64,000 nt of DNA, taken from positions 58,680-122,679 of the forward strand of contig CBDESZ010000001.1 in assembly GCA_965242725.1 (NCBI GenBank), given 5' to 3'. The notes beneath the pieces were generated by a model. The model searched no databases, was not told the origin of the DNA, and worked only from the letters and a program-made list of their open reading frames with translations. The DNA is from Alkalispirochaeta sp. Lineage in GTDB: Bacteria; Spirochaetota; Spirochaetia; DSM-27196; Alkalispirochaetaceae. Numbering within the stretch: position 1 is the stretch's first letter; each line of letters begins with the position of its first letter. Below, in pieces: positions 29,249 to 39,185 of the stretch. Position numbers and translations under genes: made by a program.

Positions 29249-30406
29249 TTACACTCCGCCCCAACTGTGGGTGAAGCGAAAGAACACGCCGCCGTCCTGA
29301 TTGGCACCGAGGGCGTTGATCGCACCGGCTCCGTAGCCGTCGGAGAACCAGTACCCTGTCTTGAAATTGCTTGCTCCAATGTCCAATGACGCCCCGACTT
29401 CTCCGCCGGCAAGTCCGTCGATATTCTCAGCAGCAACATCGACCGCTTCATAATCGGTGAAATCGAATGCAACGCCGCCGTAGACGCCGATGTCCCGACT
29501 AACCTGATACCCGGCGTCAAAACCGAGGATCGCAAAACCGTATGCTCCATTGGTATCGTCCTCGACGCCGCCCTTGTAGGAGACACCGAGATCCGCTCCG
29601 GCGATACCAAACCTGGCGGAGGCGCCCCAGACGGCCTGTTCCGGCTCGACGGAACCGACTGTTTCTTCGGACGCCGTATAGTCATCCGCCTCGGCGAGAT
29701 TCCGGACAAAACTGCCGCCGAGGTCGACCGACATTCCCGCATCGGCCAGTCCCGGAACAAACTCGGCAAGAACGATCTTTGAGGTCACACCGACGGCACC
29801 ACCGGATGTGCGGTTTGTGGTGTAGTTTGCCGCCACGTGTATACCGGATATCGCGGTTGACGCTTCCACGAGGAGATCGGGAATATCGTCTTCGCCCTGG
29901 GCGTTGTCCCATCCCCACGCCGTCTTTACCGTCACCATCTCGGCGAACCCGACGGTCACCTCGGAGATCCACGCGTCGTCGATCGTCACCTCTTCCGAAT
30001 CGGTAACTTCATCGAAACCGTAACGGGTGCCCGCGGAATATATTGCACCGTTTGAGTCGTCGTATCCGTTACGCCAGTTGAAAATCACACCGAAGTCGCT
30101 CAATCCCAGATACTTTGCCACATCGGTCGTCATATACGCCTCGTCAAGCAGAACCGGATTGTCACCGCCTTCCGGCGCATCACCGTAGTACTCCATCAGG
30201 ATCTTGAAGGTGTTGTACTCGTCGGTATTTCCGGTGAAGTAAATATCCGCCCAGTCAAGAACATCGTCGTACTGTGATTCATCAGGATTCGCGGTAAATC
30301 CCCACGTTACGTGTCCTCCTGCCTTCAATGTCGGTTTCACGTCCTGGGAGAACGCCGTTCCCCCCATCATGACCAACGCCAGTCCCAGCATGAACATTCG
30401 CTTCAT
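29249..30406 (-). CDS. Outer-membrane beta-barrel protein (Msp/porin-like)
   Basis: Signal peptide, 'GGHVTWGF' N-terminal strand, amphipathic strands, aromatic C-terminus 'FFRFTHSW'; AGGAGG SD; leader hairpin 30431-30460. Confidence 0.7.
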   Translation of the reverse strand: MKRMFMLGLALVMMGGTAFSQDVKPTLKAGGHVTWGFTANPDESQYDDVLDWADIYFTGNTDEYNTFKILMEYYGDAPEGGDNPVLLDEAYMTTDVAKYLGLSDFGVIFNWRNGYDDSNGAIYSAGTRYGFDEVTDSEEVTIDDAWISEVTVGFAEMVTVKTAWGWDNAQGEDDIPDLLVEASTAISGIHVAANYTTNRTSGGAVGVTSKIVLAEFVPGLADAGMSVDLGGSFVRNLAEADDYTASEETVGSVEPEQAVWGASARFGIAGADLGVSYKGGVEDDTNGAYGFAILGFDAGYQVSRDIGVYGGVAFDFTDYEAVDVAAENIDGLAGGEVGASLDIGASNFKTGYWFSDGYGAGAINALGANQDGGVFFRFTHSWGGV

Positions 30407-30641
30407 TCTTCGTTCCTCCTCGAATGATATGGAGCGCGGATATGCCTTCCGTCTCGCTCCGTGTTGTTGAGACGATTATCGATTTGGTACATGAACCCGA
30501 CCTGAAGGCGAACTGTAAAGAATCTGATCTGCCCTACAGGGATAAACCATTTCCCCCACAGCGGCGATTCAGGCGCACCGGATATCCTGATTTCAATCAA
30601 AGAAACCCGATTGGAAGACCCTGTCGGGAAGGAGAAACGGA

Positions 30642-31040
30642 ATGGATCGAAAACTGAGTCAAAGACTGTTTATCGGATTGGCACTGACGGTAACCGTCGT
30701 CGGTATGGCGGGCGCGATAACGCCGAAGGCAAAAAATGCGCCAAACGCGGTTGCAGTGCCCCCACCGGAGAGAATGATCTCCTACTTCGAAGAACTCGGG
30801 GTGGACATGTCCACGTTCCGGGTGACAGGCGACGTGAACGACGCGGCGGCCGAACAGATGTATCAACTCTATGTCGTCGAAGATCAGCAGGGAGATCGCG
30901 TCCATAGCGGTCGGATTAACGGCATCGCCATGGCAGCCCTTGCGGCAGAGTATTCGGAGGTACAGGCACCGGTCTATATCGAGTTCGGACCTCTGTACTG
31001 GGGGAGCTGGCGGGAAAAGGACGGCTTGTCTGACGATTAA
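30642..31040 (+). CDS. Hypothetical exported protein (132 aa)
   Basis: SD AAGGAG, signal-peptide-like N-terminus, fills the intergenic gap. Confidence 0.7.
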   Translation: MDRKLSQRLFIGLALTVTVVGMAGAITPKAKNAPNAVAVPPPERMISYFEELGVDMSTFRVTGDVNDAAAEQMYQLYVVEDQQGDRVHSGRINGIAMAALAAEYSEVQAPVYIEFGPLYWGSWREKDGLSDD

Positions 31041-31080
31041 ACCACATCATGGAACAACCCGACGCCGTAGCGGCGCCGGG

Positions 31081-31830
31081 TTAGTTTTCCGCTTCGGTGC
31101 GGCGTTCTCCGAGAAATTGATATCCAAACCCCCGGACCGTTTCAATCCACGGGAGATCGCCAAGTTTCTTGCGCAGGTTTTTTATATGGGCATCCAAAGA
31201 GCGCAAATAGGGAGCGGCATCGTCATACCCCATCGACTCATGGATAATTGATTCCCGGGCGCAAATGGCACCGGCCCGGTATGCCAGGTAATGGAGCAGA
31301 CGCCATTCCGTTTCGGTCAGCCGAATATGCTCATCGTTTAAAAATGCTTTATGCATGTCATCGTCGATAACGAGACACCCATTGCCAAGCGTCCACATTC
31401 CGTGGTCGGGGATGTAGCCCCGTTCGGCTCGCTGCAGGGCGAGGAGACGATCAATTCGCAATGCAATCTCCCGGACAGGAAGGCTGTTTTCTATGATCGC
31501 CGTCGCGCCGTTCCTGAGAACCGTCAATCGATCCAACTCGCCCAGCGGCGCCGTAACCAGGACCACCGGTTCATCGGTTTCCAAATCGATCCGACGGACT
31601 ATCTCCAGAAGGTGTTTATTGTGTAACCGATCGGCGACGATGACGATGCAGCCGCCGGTACGAGCGGTGAGTTCCTGTTCATTCGTCGAAAAAAGTTCTC
31701 CCGCCGAGGAGGCGGTTTCCACCCGGTACCCGAGGCGGGTCAGCTCCCGTTTGATACGAAAGCTGTGATGAACGTCAAGGAGCAGAAGCTTGAGTGATAT
31801 TGCCATTATTCGTCGTTCCTTTACCAACAT
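31081..31830 (-). CDS. OmpR/PhoB-family regulator with degenerate receiver domain
   Basis: Winged helix 'LTETEWRLL', 'RSLDAHIKNLRKKL', 'IETVRGFGY'; receiver lacks the DD pair and KP lysine; alternative start 31806. Confidence 0.85.
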   Translation of the reverse strand: MLVKERRIMAISLKLLLLDVHHSFRIKRELTRLGYRVETASSAGELFSTNEQELTARTGGCIVIVADRLHNKHLLEIVRRIDLETDEPVVLVTAPLGELDRLTVLRNGATAIIENSLPVREIALRIDRLLALQRAERGYIPDHGMWTLGNGCLVIDDDMHKAFLNDEHIRLTETEWRLLHYLAYRAGAICARESIIHESMGYDDAAPYLRSLDAHIKNLRKKLGDLPWIETVRGFGYQFLGERRTEAEN

Positions 31831-32747
31831 AACGACTCCCTGTCACGTATCGATGTAACGGTTTCCACGATGTGTTCGACGCGATGTTCCAGACTGTGGG
31901 TTGATAGCGCCAATCCGGCGATTCCCCGTTTGATGAGTGAAATCTTTGCGTGTCGTGACAGGACAATCGGTATTTCCGGACTCACGTCCGACTTTCGGAG
32001 ACGATGCAACGACAACGGAAAGGCGCCCGTTGCAAAGGCGCAGGTGGAAACATTTTCGTAGATACCACCATTGGATTGGGAAATGTGATGGTCCGGCAGG
32101 ACGAAGGAACGTTCCCGTCCCTTTACCCGGCCATATGGATCAACGTCTCCCGTCAACGCGTCCGCCCTCCGAAGATTTGTCTTTCTTTTTTCGATCAAAT
32201 GGCCACCGAGGACGGACACCACATCTACCCATCGGGACGAAACGTGGTCATCAGGGTCGAGAATCCAGGTAACGTCCGGCGGTGACTCGTGCGTCAGCAA
32301 TTCTACCGCCGCGGAGGCAACGCTGCCCGGGCGACCTGCAAGTACAACCCGGTCCGAGTGAATTACATCCTTGCATGGTCCGGATCTTCCATTGACCGTA
32401 ACGCCCCGCGTATCTCCGTGCAGTAAAACGCGCATGGGTAACCGCATCGAAGTTCCGTCGTCAAGTGCGATATCGATCTCCCTGTCCCGGTGGCTGAGCA
32501 ATCTGCCGTAGAGGACGGTACCGTGCTTCAGGACGTCCTCCGGGCGCAGAACAAGTCTATCAATCGGGAATCCGGCGGCCACGGCGGCCGGTACGTAGGG
32601 GTCTACGGCAATGGGCGATTGCGTTAAGAGGACGGTCCATGTGCTCTGTTGGAGCCTCACGGCCCATTGGAGGGCCGCGAGGCTCCCACCGACCACGACG
32701 CACGGCGCTTCATCGCGCAGAGTGTTCATCATTCCTTCCATGGCCAT
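31821..32747 (-). CDS. Degenerate FAD/NAD-binding oxidoreductase-fold protein (Sqr/NDH-2-like outline)
   Basis: 'VVVGGSLAAL', second Rossmann-like 'VVLAGRPG', 'VDPYGRVKGRERSFVLPD' where a GD motif is expected. Confidence 0.55.
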   Translation of the reverse strand: MAMEGMMNTLRDEAPCVVVGGSLAALQWAVRLQQSTWTVLLTQSPIAVDPYVPAAVAAGFPIDRLVLRPEDVLKHGTVLYGRLLSHRDREIDIALDDGTSMRLPMRVLLHGDTRGVTVNGRSGPCKDVIHSDRVVLAGRPGSVASAAVELLTHESPPDVTWILDPDDHVSSRWVDVVSVLGGHLIEKRKTNLRRADALTGDVDPYGRVKGRERSFVLPDHHISQSNGGIYENVSTCAFATGAFPLSLHRLRKSDVSPEIPIVLSRHAKISLIKRGIAGLALSTHSLEHRVEHIVETVTSIRDRESLCW

Positions 32748-32799
32748 GCTCCTCTCACACGTCGCCCGCCCCCCCGGGGAAGGGGGGCCGAGGTAAGAA

Positions 32800-35700
32800 T
32801 TAACCGCCCGGCTGAACCGGATGGTTCTTTGTAAACAATGATCCGAGATCGTCCATGACCGAATAAAAGACGGGAATGACGATCATCGTGAGGAACGTCG
32901 CCGCGGTCATGCCGCCGATGACTGCCACCGCAAGGGGTGAAAAGCGCTCCGCCCCGAGGGCCCATTCCATCGCCAGGGGTATCATCCCCACGATCGTGGA
33001 CAGCGAGGTCATCATGATCGGACGAAAACGCGCCTCCACCGACGACTCGATTGCCCGTCGGCGATCGTCACCGGCCTCCCGTCGCTGCTGAATGAAGTCG
33101 ATAAGAATGATCGAGTTGTTCACGACGATTCCGATGAGCAGAATGAGTCCCACCAGCACGGGCATCGAGACGGGCATTTCCGCTATCCAGAGGGCCGCGG
33201 CTATACCGATGAGGCTGAGGGGAACGGCGACCATGACGGTAATGGGGTGGGCAAATGAGCGGAATTGCGCCACCAGCAGGAGATAGACTGCAATGAAGGC
33301 GATCCCCAGTGCGCCCGCCAGTTCGCCCCGGGACTCGGCCATGTCTTTTTCTTCTCCCTCCAGGGTAAGGCTGTACCCGTCGGGCACGGTCATAGTAGCA
33401 AGTGCCGTTCCCACATCCTGAGAAACAAAGTTCAGGGGCCGCCCCTGATGCAGTGCCAGAATATCCAGGGTCGGCTGGAGGTTTTCCCGTGTTACCAGTC
33501 CCTGAACGGTCACTTCCCGTCCCTGTGTGACGGCACCGACGGGCACCGTCGTCCCCGCCCGTCCGGCAAAGGCGCGCACCTCGAAGGCGTCGTCCCGGTC
33601 CCGGCGATACTCCGGCGCGTAGCGTACGCGTATAGGTGTATCGGCAGTGCCCGTTGACCCGCCATCTTCACCCCGGTAGACGCCGGCGCTGACGCCGTCA
33701 AGGGATTGGACCAGCTCGCGGGAGAGGTCGCTGGGGGGGATGCCGAGCTCCCGGGCGCGGTTTATGTCGACGGTGAGGGTGACACTGCGCTGGTCCAATC
33801 GCCAGCTCCGGTAGGCGTTCACCGTACCCGGGACGCCTGCTACCGTCTCCAGCACCTCGTCGCCGAGGCGGTCAAGGATCATCGGATCAGGCCCTTTGAG
33901 ACTCACGACAATCGAGGACGCCGTGGTCGATTTTGCGGTACTACCGGACTCGCGAACAACAAAGTTCTCAATACCGGGTACCCGGGCAATTCGCCGGCGC
34001 AGCCGGTCCTGGATCTCCCATATCGTTTCCTCCCGCTCGGTCCGGGGTGTCCACGTCGCCGTTATGTACCCCTGCGTCGGTCCCTGGACGCCGCCTCCGC
34101 CGAAGGAGGTCATTCCCGGTTCAAATCCTATTTGCGAGGAAAGCCGTTCAAGTTCGTCTTCACCGAGAATGATCGCTTCCACCTCCGCCACCACCCGTTC
34201 CGTCTCCTCCAGAGAGGAGCCGGAAGGCGTCTCGATGGTGACAAAGGTGTCACCTCCGTCCATCTTCGGCAGGAGTTCCATTCCGAGGGACAACAGGATA
34301 CGGGCACCCAGGACAAACAGGATTGCCGCTGAGAGGAGCACCACCCACCGGTGTCGGAGAGCCCACTTCAATCCGTGGACGTAGAGGAAGCGCAGTCCGT
34401 CCATCATCACCCCCCAGGGGCGCGCGGCGATCTGCGCCAGGCGCTCCATTCTGCCGCCGCCGGCGGTGACTTTCATCGTAAGAATGGGCACAAGCATGAG
34501 CGCCACCAGCAGAGACGATACAAAGGCGATGATCATCGTACCGGCGAGGGGTCCAAAGGTCTTTCCAACAAAGCCGTAGAGAAAGAGGAGAGGGATCAGA
34601 ACGGTGATGGTCGTTGCGTTGCCGGCAAAAACGGCAAACTGTATCTCCTTTGCCCCTTCAAAGGCCGCCTGGAAGGGCGTCATGCCGCCGGCCCCCGGAG
34701 CGTTGCCCTCCTGATAGTGACGGGTAATGTTTTCCAGCACGACGACGGAGGCGTCAACGACCATTCCCACAGCGAGAATGATGGCGGTAAGGGTCACCAG
34801 GTCCACCTGAATCCCGAAGAGCATCATTCCCGCAAAGGTGAGCAGAAAGGACATCGGCATCGATATGGCCACCACCAGTCCGCGGCGGAAACTCCCGAGA
34901 AAGAGGAAAATGATGATCGTCGCCAGGGCGAGAGCCTGTCCGACGGCGCCGAGCATGTTTCCCACGACCTGTTCCGTAAAGGACGCACTCTCGTCGGCGA
35001 CGACGGCCTCCACGTCGGGATACCGCTGGGAAATGGCGGTAAACGCCTCCCCAACGAGACCGACAACCTCCACGGTGTTGGCGTCTTCCTGTTTGAATAT
35101 CTGCATGGCAACGGCATTTCGGCCGTCCACCCGGAAGCGGGAGAGATCTTCACCCGAGCCTGTTTCGATCCGGGCGAGATCACCCACGAGAACCCGTTGT
35201 CCCGACGGGGTGGTCATCGGTATGGAGGCGATGTCCTCAATCGTGCGGCTCTGCTGATCGACGCGAAAGCTGTACTGTCGCCCTTCACTGCGAATTTCTC
35301 CGGCAGGGAGACTGACATTGTGGGATCGGATCGCCTCCACCACCGCCCCAAGGGGCAGGTTGTGCGCTTCCAGTCTGGTTCTATCCACTCTGACCGAGAG
35401 TTCCGGCTGATAACCGCCAAAGACGTCTACCAGGGCAACCCCGTCCACTCTCTGCAGCTCCGGGGCAAGAATATCTTCAGCGAGATTTCGCACCGCCACC
35501 ATGTCTTCCCCAATCAGCCCCATGGTGACGACCGGTCGGTCGCTGGTGGAAAACTTCAGGACCTGGGGCTCCGCAATGGTACCGGGAAGGCGCGCGCGAA
35601 TACGGGAAATGGCGTTCTGCACATCCACCGCGGCGAGATCCACCGACGTGTCATATCGAAACTCCACGGTCACGAGGGAGAGTCCGTTCTGTGAGGTGGA

Positions 35701-35943
35701 GGTGACGCGGTCGACACCTTCCAGGGAGGCGACCTCCTCCTCAATGGGGTCCGACACCAGATCAGCCACGTCCTCCGCGGCGGCGCCGGGATAGGAGGTC
35801 AAGACGTTGACCAGGGGAGGCGCCGTATCGGGGAAGAGCTGAATCGGCAGGTTTATATATGAGAGAATTCCAAAGATCACCGCTGCGATAAAGAGGGGGT
35901 AGATGGTATATCGATTTTTCAGGGAATAGTCGGAGAGTGCCAT
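32800..35943 (-). CDS. RND efflux permease (AcrB/AcrD/AcrF family)
   Basis: 1047 aa; 'LPIQLFP', 'YPGAAAEDV', 'GMVVDASVVVLENI', 'RFRPIMMTS'. Confidence 0.95.
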   Translation of the reverse strand: MALSDYSLKNRYTIYPLFIAAVIFGILSYINLPIQLFPDTAPPLVNVLTSYPGAAAEDVADLVSDPIEEEVASLEGVDRVTSTSQNGLSLVTVEFRYDTSVDLAAVDVQNAISRIRARLPGTIAEPQVLKFSTSDRPVVTMGLIGEDMVAVRNLAEDILAPELQRVDGVALVDVFGGYQPELSVRVDRTRLEAHNLPLGAVVEAIRSHNVSLPAGEIRSEGRQYSFRVDQQSRTIEDIASIPMTTPSGQRVLVGDLARIETGSGEDLSRFRVDGRNAVAMQIFKQEDANTVEVVGLVGEAFTAISQRYPDVEAVVADESASFTEQVVGNMLGAVGQALALATIIIFLFLGSFRRGLVVAISMPMSFLLTFAGMMLFGIQVDLVTLTAIILAVGMVVDASVVVLENITRHYQEGNAPGAGGMTPFQAAFEGAKEIQFAVFAGNATTITVLIPLLFLYGFVGKTFGPLAGTMIIAFVSSLLVALMLVPILTMKVTAGGGRMERLAQIAARPWGVMMDGLRFLYVHGLKWALRHRWVVLLSAAILFVLGARILLSLGMELLPKMDGGDTFVTIETPSGSSLEETERVVAEVEAIILGEDELERLSSQIGFEPGMTSFGGGGVQGPTQGYITATWTPRTEREETIWEIQDRLRRRIARVPGIENFVVRESGSTAKSTTASSIVVSLKGPDPMILDRLGDEVLETVAGVPGTVNAYRSWRLDQRSVTLTVDINRARELGIPPSDLSRELVQSLDGVSAGVYRGEDGGSTGTADTPIRVRYAPEYRRDRDDAFEVRAFAGRAGTTVPVGAVTQGREVTVQGLVTRENLQPTLDILALHQGRPLNFVSQDVGTALATMTVPDGYSLTLEGEEKDMAESRGELAGALGIAFIAVYLLLVAQFRSFAHPITVMVAVPLSLIGIAAALWIAEMPVSMPVLVGLILLIGIVVNNSIILIDFIQQRREAGDDRRRAIESSVEARFRPIMMTSLSTIVGMIPLAMEWALGAERFSPLAVAVIGGMTAATFLTMIVIPVFYSVMDDLGSLFTKNHPVQPGG

Positions 35944-37067
35944 TATTCTCCCCCTTCCGCCGTCACCGCATAGACGGCGGCACCGTCGCGAAGACTGCTT
36001 ACGTTGGTGACGGCCACCGGATCGATGCCGTTCCAGTCAAAGACCGCGGCGATCCAGCCGTCCTGAGAGATTCCCAGGCTCACATCAATCCGGCGTACCC
36101 GGTCGTCGGATACCAGATAGATGTGGGGCCGACCATCGCGATCGGCGATTGCCCTCGTCGGAACCGCCACCGTCGCCTTCTGACGTTCCGCGATAAACTC
36201 CGTCCGAATGGAGGCGCCCTTCCGGGGCAGGGCCATCGCCCCGGAGTCCGCCCCGGCTGACCCGGCCCCGGTGTCCGCCGCAGGCGAGGCGGCCGCGGGA
36301 GCGCCGGTCGCCGGAATAGGTATGGTCACCGAAAACGTCCGTGCCGGACCGGATGACGTTGGAGAAATTGCCGCTACGGAGGAGTCCACCCTGCGTCCCG
36401 GGGAAAGCTGCAACTCCACCGCGGTCCCAATCTCAATTCCTCGGCCCAGATCCTCTTCAATAACGTCTACCCGGATCTCTCGCGTCGCGTCGCCGATGAG
36501 GATCAGCGGCTGTCCCGGCATCACGGGCTGACCGATCTCCGCCGGCCAGTCGAGGACCGTTCCGTGAAAGGGGGCGGTAACGACCGTCTTGGCAAGCTGA
36601 GCCTGTGCTTCCGCCAGACCCGCCCGGGCGGTACGGTACGCCCGTTCGCTGGAATCCGCCTGTTCCGGGGCGAGCGCTCCCTGGTCGACGAGGCGGCGAT
36701 CGGTGTCGTAGCGCCTGCGCCAGTAGTCCACTTCCGCCTGCAGGCGGCTCACCGCCGCCTCCGTCTCGGGAGAGTCCAGACGGGCCAAGACGTTCCCGGC
36801 GGAAAACGCGTCGCCTTCCTGCACCGGAAGTTCCACAAGGGTGCCCTGAATCCGGGCGATGATTTGCACTTCCTGCCGTGCAAAGACGGTACCGACGTAG
36901 GGTATGCGGCGTTCCAGGGTCATTTCCCGTGGCATTTCCGCCCGTATTGCCACCGGTCGGGGACCCTGCTCCGCGTCGGATCCGACGGAGGGACTCCGCC
37001 CGGCGGAACACCCGGAGACGGCAAGAACAACGATAAAAAGGAACACAATTCGTACTATCTGTTTCAT
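35943..37067 (-). CDS. RND periplasmic adaptor (MFP) lipoprotein
   Basis: Lipobox 'VSGC', 'VQEGD', 'VTAPFHG'. Confidence 0.92.
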   Translation of the reverse strand: MKQIVRIVFLFIVVLAVSGCSAGRSPSVGSDAEQGPRPVAIRAEMPREMTLERRIPYVGTVFARQEVQIIARIQGTLVELPVQEGDAFSAGNVLARLDSPETEAAVSRLQAEVDYWRRRYDTDRRLVDQGALAPEQADSSERAYRTARAGLAEAQAQLAKTVVTAPFHGTVLDWPAEIGQPVMPGQPLILIGDATREIRVDVIEEDLGRGIEIGTAVELQLSPGRRVDSSVAAISPTSSGPARTFSVTIPIPATGAPAAASPAADTGAGSAGADSGAMALPRKGASIRTEFIAERQKATVAVPTRAIADRDGRPHIYLVSDDRVRRIDVSLGISQDGWIAAVFDWNGIDPVAVTNVSSLRDGAAVYAVTAEGGE

Positions 37068-37072
37068 ATGGA

Positions 37073-38398
37073 TTACTCCTCGATTAATGTCTGCGCGAGA
37101 GCGGGTGAAAGATTTCCCGCAATTTCGTGGTAGGAGATGTACGAAAGAAGCTGCTCATACCGCAGACTTCGTTCGTGCATGTTCATTTCAAGCAGGGTTG
37201 CCTCCGCGGCCAGGAGATCACTCAGGGATGAACGCCCTTCTTCGTAGCGCTTCTCCGTTGCCGCAACCGATATTTCCTGACGTGCCACAGCATTTGACAG
37301 CAACTCCCGCCGCGCTTCGGCGCTCTCCCAGCGACGAATTGCCGTCCCGGCTTCGGTCCGTTCCGATGAAATGGCGGCGTTCAGGGTATGCAGCGCCGCT
37401 TCAACGTTTTCTTCCGCTGAACGAACGCGAGCGTTCCGTTCGCCTCCCGTCGCCAACGGCAGCGTGAGGTTCAGACCGACGGACCATTCGGCGGTGAAAT
37501 CGATGTCGGCACCGGACCGTGCGGTCTGTGCGGCAAATCCGCTGATCCGGGGGGCAAAGGAGTAGAGCGCCCCTTCCCGGCCGGCCCGTGCCGCCTCCAG
37601 ACGCGCCTCCGCGGCACGGCCGGCGGGCCCCGTGGCGGGGAGCTCACCGGTAAGATCAGGAAGGACAAAATGATGGGGCTGCGGAACCACCGGTGCCGTG
37701 CGACCAAGCAGACGGGCAAGGTGATAGCCCAGCTCGTCACGACGCCGTATGAGTTCCAGTCGGTCCGCCCTAATGGAGTTCAAAGACGCTTCCACCTCGG
37801 CTACGGACGCCGGTGGTACCCGCCCCTCTCCCGCAAGGAGCTTGAGCTCGGTGTGCCGGCGCTCCAGCGCCCGAATGTGTCCGTCCATCAGCGTCAGGTT
37901 GTCTTCAAGCTGACGGGCCTGCACAAACAGTTCCAGGATTCCGCCGACGATCTGTTGCTCCGACTGCGCGTTCTGCGCCTGCTGTGCACGGACGGTATGT
38001 TCCGCCGCGTTGACACCGGATAACGCCGGTAGGTTCAGGACCGGTACGTCGAGGCGAATCGAGGTTGTGAATATCTCTTCGTCAAAGACGAGGGGGTCCT
38101 TTGGTGTCGGCGTCCCGTGCATCGGATTCACCAAGGTCGGCTCCTGGTATCTGGTATAATCACCGACTGCAACGACATCGGGCAGGAGCGAACTTCGTGC
38201 TTCCCACACCCCCGCCTCGGCGCTGCGGACGTAGGCTCTGCCCGCCGCGAGCTGCGGGTTCTCGTGAACAGCCTCCGTTATCGCATCGGGAAGGGAAATG
38301 ACCGACTCCTGTCCAAAGAGCGCACCCGGTATCAGGAGCATCGCCGCAAGAGCGACTACCGTCGATGCCCTCACCGTGTGTATTGGATTCTTTCTCAT
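37073..38398 (-). CDS. TolC-family outer membrane efflux protein
   Basis: Signal peptide, 'AVHENPQL', 'SSLLPDV', 'RYEEGRSSLSDLLAAE'. Confidence 0.9.
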   Translation of the reverse strand: MRKNPIHTVRASTVVALAAMLLIPGALFGQESVISLPDAITEAVHENPQLAAGRAYVRSAEAGVWEARSSLLPDVVAVGDYTRYQEPTLVNPMHGTPTPKDPLVFDEEIFTTSIRLDVPVLNLPALSGVNAAEHTVRAQQAQNAQSEQQIVGGILELFVQARQLEDNLTLMDGHIRALERRHTELKLLAGEGRVPPASVAEVEASLNSIRADRLELIRRRDELGYHLARLLGRTAPVVPQPHHFVLPDLTGELPATGPAGRAAEARLEAARAGREGALYSFAPRISGFAAQTARSGADIDFTAEWSVGLNLTLPLATGGERNARVRSAEENVEAALHTLNAAISSERTEAGTAIRRWESAEARRELLSNAVARQEISVAATEKRYEEGRSSLSDLLAAEATLLEMNMHERSLRYEQLLSYISYHEIAGNLSPALAQTLIEE

Positions 38399-38416
38399 CT
38401 CTTGTCTCCTCGTTAA

Positions 38417-38432
38417 TAGTTAATACTAACTA
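38417..38432. promoter_or_regulatory. Candidate TetR operator upstream of tolC-like gene
   Basis: Palindrome TAGTTA-ATAC-TAACTA; 15/16 copy at 39085-39100. Confidence 0.75.
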
Positions 38433-38444
38433 ACTTCTATTCCT

Positions 38445-38478
38445 AAAAAAGGGGGACGTTTCCCGAAAACGTCCGCCC
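38445..38478 (-). terminator. Rho-independent terminator after tetR
   Basis: GGGCGGACGTTT..AAACGTCCCCC followed by T6. Confidence 0.8.
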
Positions 38479-38479
38479 G

Positions 38480-39070
38480 TCAATGACCCGGTATCGTGAC
38501 CATCACGACGACCGAATCCGCCAGACGCAGTCCCTCATCGTATAAATTGAAGTGGTACCGTCCCAATCGCCAGCGGGTCACCAGAAGCCGCAAGGCTCCA
38601 AGGGTCGAAAGCGCAAGGTGCTCCAGGGGAACGTCGGAACGAAAAACGCCGCCGTCAATACCTTCCTGAAGTATCTGTCGTACGTATCCTTCCGCGACGC
38701 CCATAATACGTATCATCGCCTGTACCAGTTCCTGGCGATCCTTAAAGATCTCCTCCGCAAAGAGAACTCCCGAGGTCGCCGGGGACTCCATAAACCGCGC
38801 AGTGTGTTCCCGAATGACCGCCTTCAGCTTTTCTTCCGGCGTCCGATCAGACTCGACGATGTCACGGAGAATCGCGGCACTCCATTCGGCAAAGTGGTCG
38901 AGAATTGCCACGAGAATCGCCAGCTTATTCTCAAAGTGTCTATACAACCCCGGTTCCGTGATCCCTATACGCCGGGAGAGCTCTTTGGTCGTCAGATGCT
39001 GAATGCCTTCTTCCGCGATGATGTCGATTGCTGCGTTCACAATTTCCTGCTGTCTGTCGGTCATCGTCAT
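38480..39070 (-). CDS. TetR/AcrR-family regulator
   Basis: 'GIQHLTTKELSRRIGITEPGLYRHFENK'; SD GGAG before ATG 39070. Confidence 0.93.
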   Translation of the reverse strand: MTMTDRQQEIVNAAIDIIAEEGIQHLTTKELSRRIGITEPGLYRHFENKLAILVAILDHFAEWSAAILRDIVESDRTPEEKLKAVIREHTARFMESPATSGVLFAEEIFKDRQELVQAMIRIMGVAEGYVRQILQEGIDGGVFRSDVPLEHLALSTLGALRLLVTRWRLGRYHFNLYDEGLRLADSVVVMVTIPGH

Positions 39071-39084
39071 TACTCCGTCCATGT

Positions 39085-39125
39085 TAGTTAATACTCACTA
39101 TAATACTCGGACGACAAAACGTCAA
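39085..39125 (-). promoter_or_regulatory. tetR promoter overlapped by operator
   Basis: TTGACG-17-TATAGT; TAGTTAATACTCACTA covers the -10/+1 region. Confidence 0.75.
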
Positions 39126-39132
39126 GGAAAAT

Positions 39133-39185
39133 AAAAAAATTGGCCCCGACGTGCCGATCACTGCGGCAGGCTCGTCGGGACCAAT
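39133..39185 (-). terminator. Rho-independent terminator downstream of DinB gene
   Basis: TTGGTCCCGACG...CGTCGGGGCCAA followed by T7. Confidence 0.8.

Noticed and set aside
30461..30641. Riboswitch (TPP or c-di-GMP) or sigma28 promoter in porin upstream region
   Set aside because: Only fragments (ACCTGA; TAAA...GATAA with wrong spacing); cores absent
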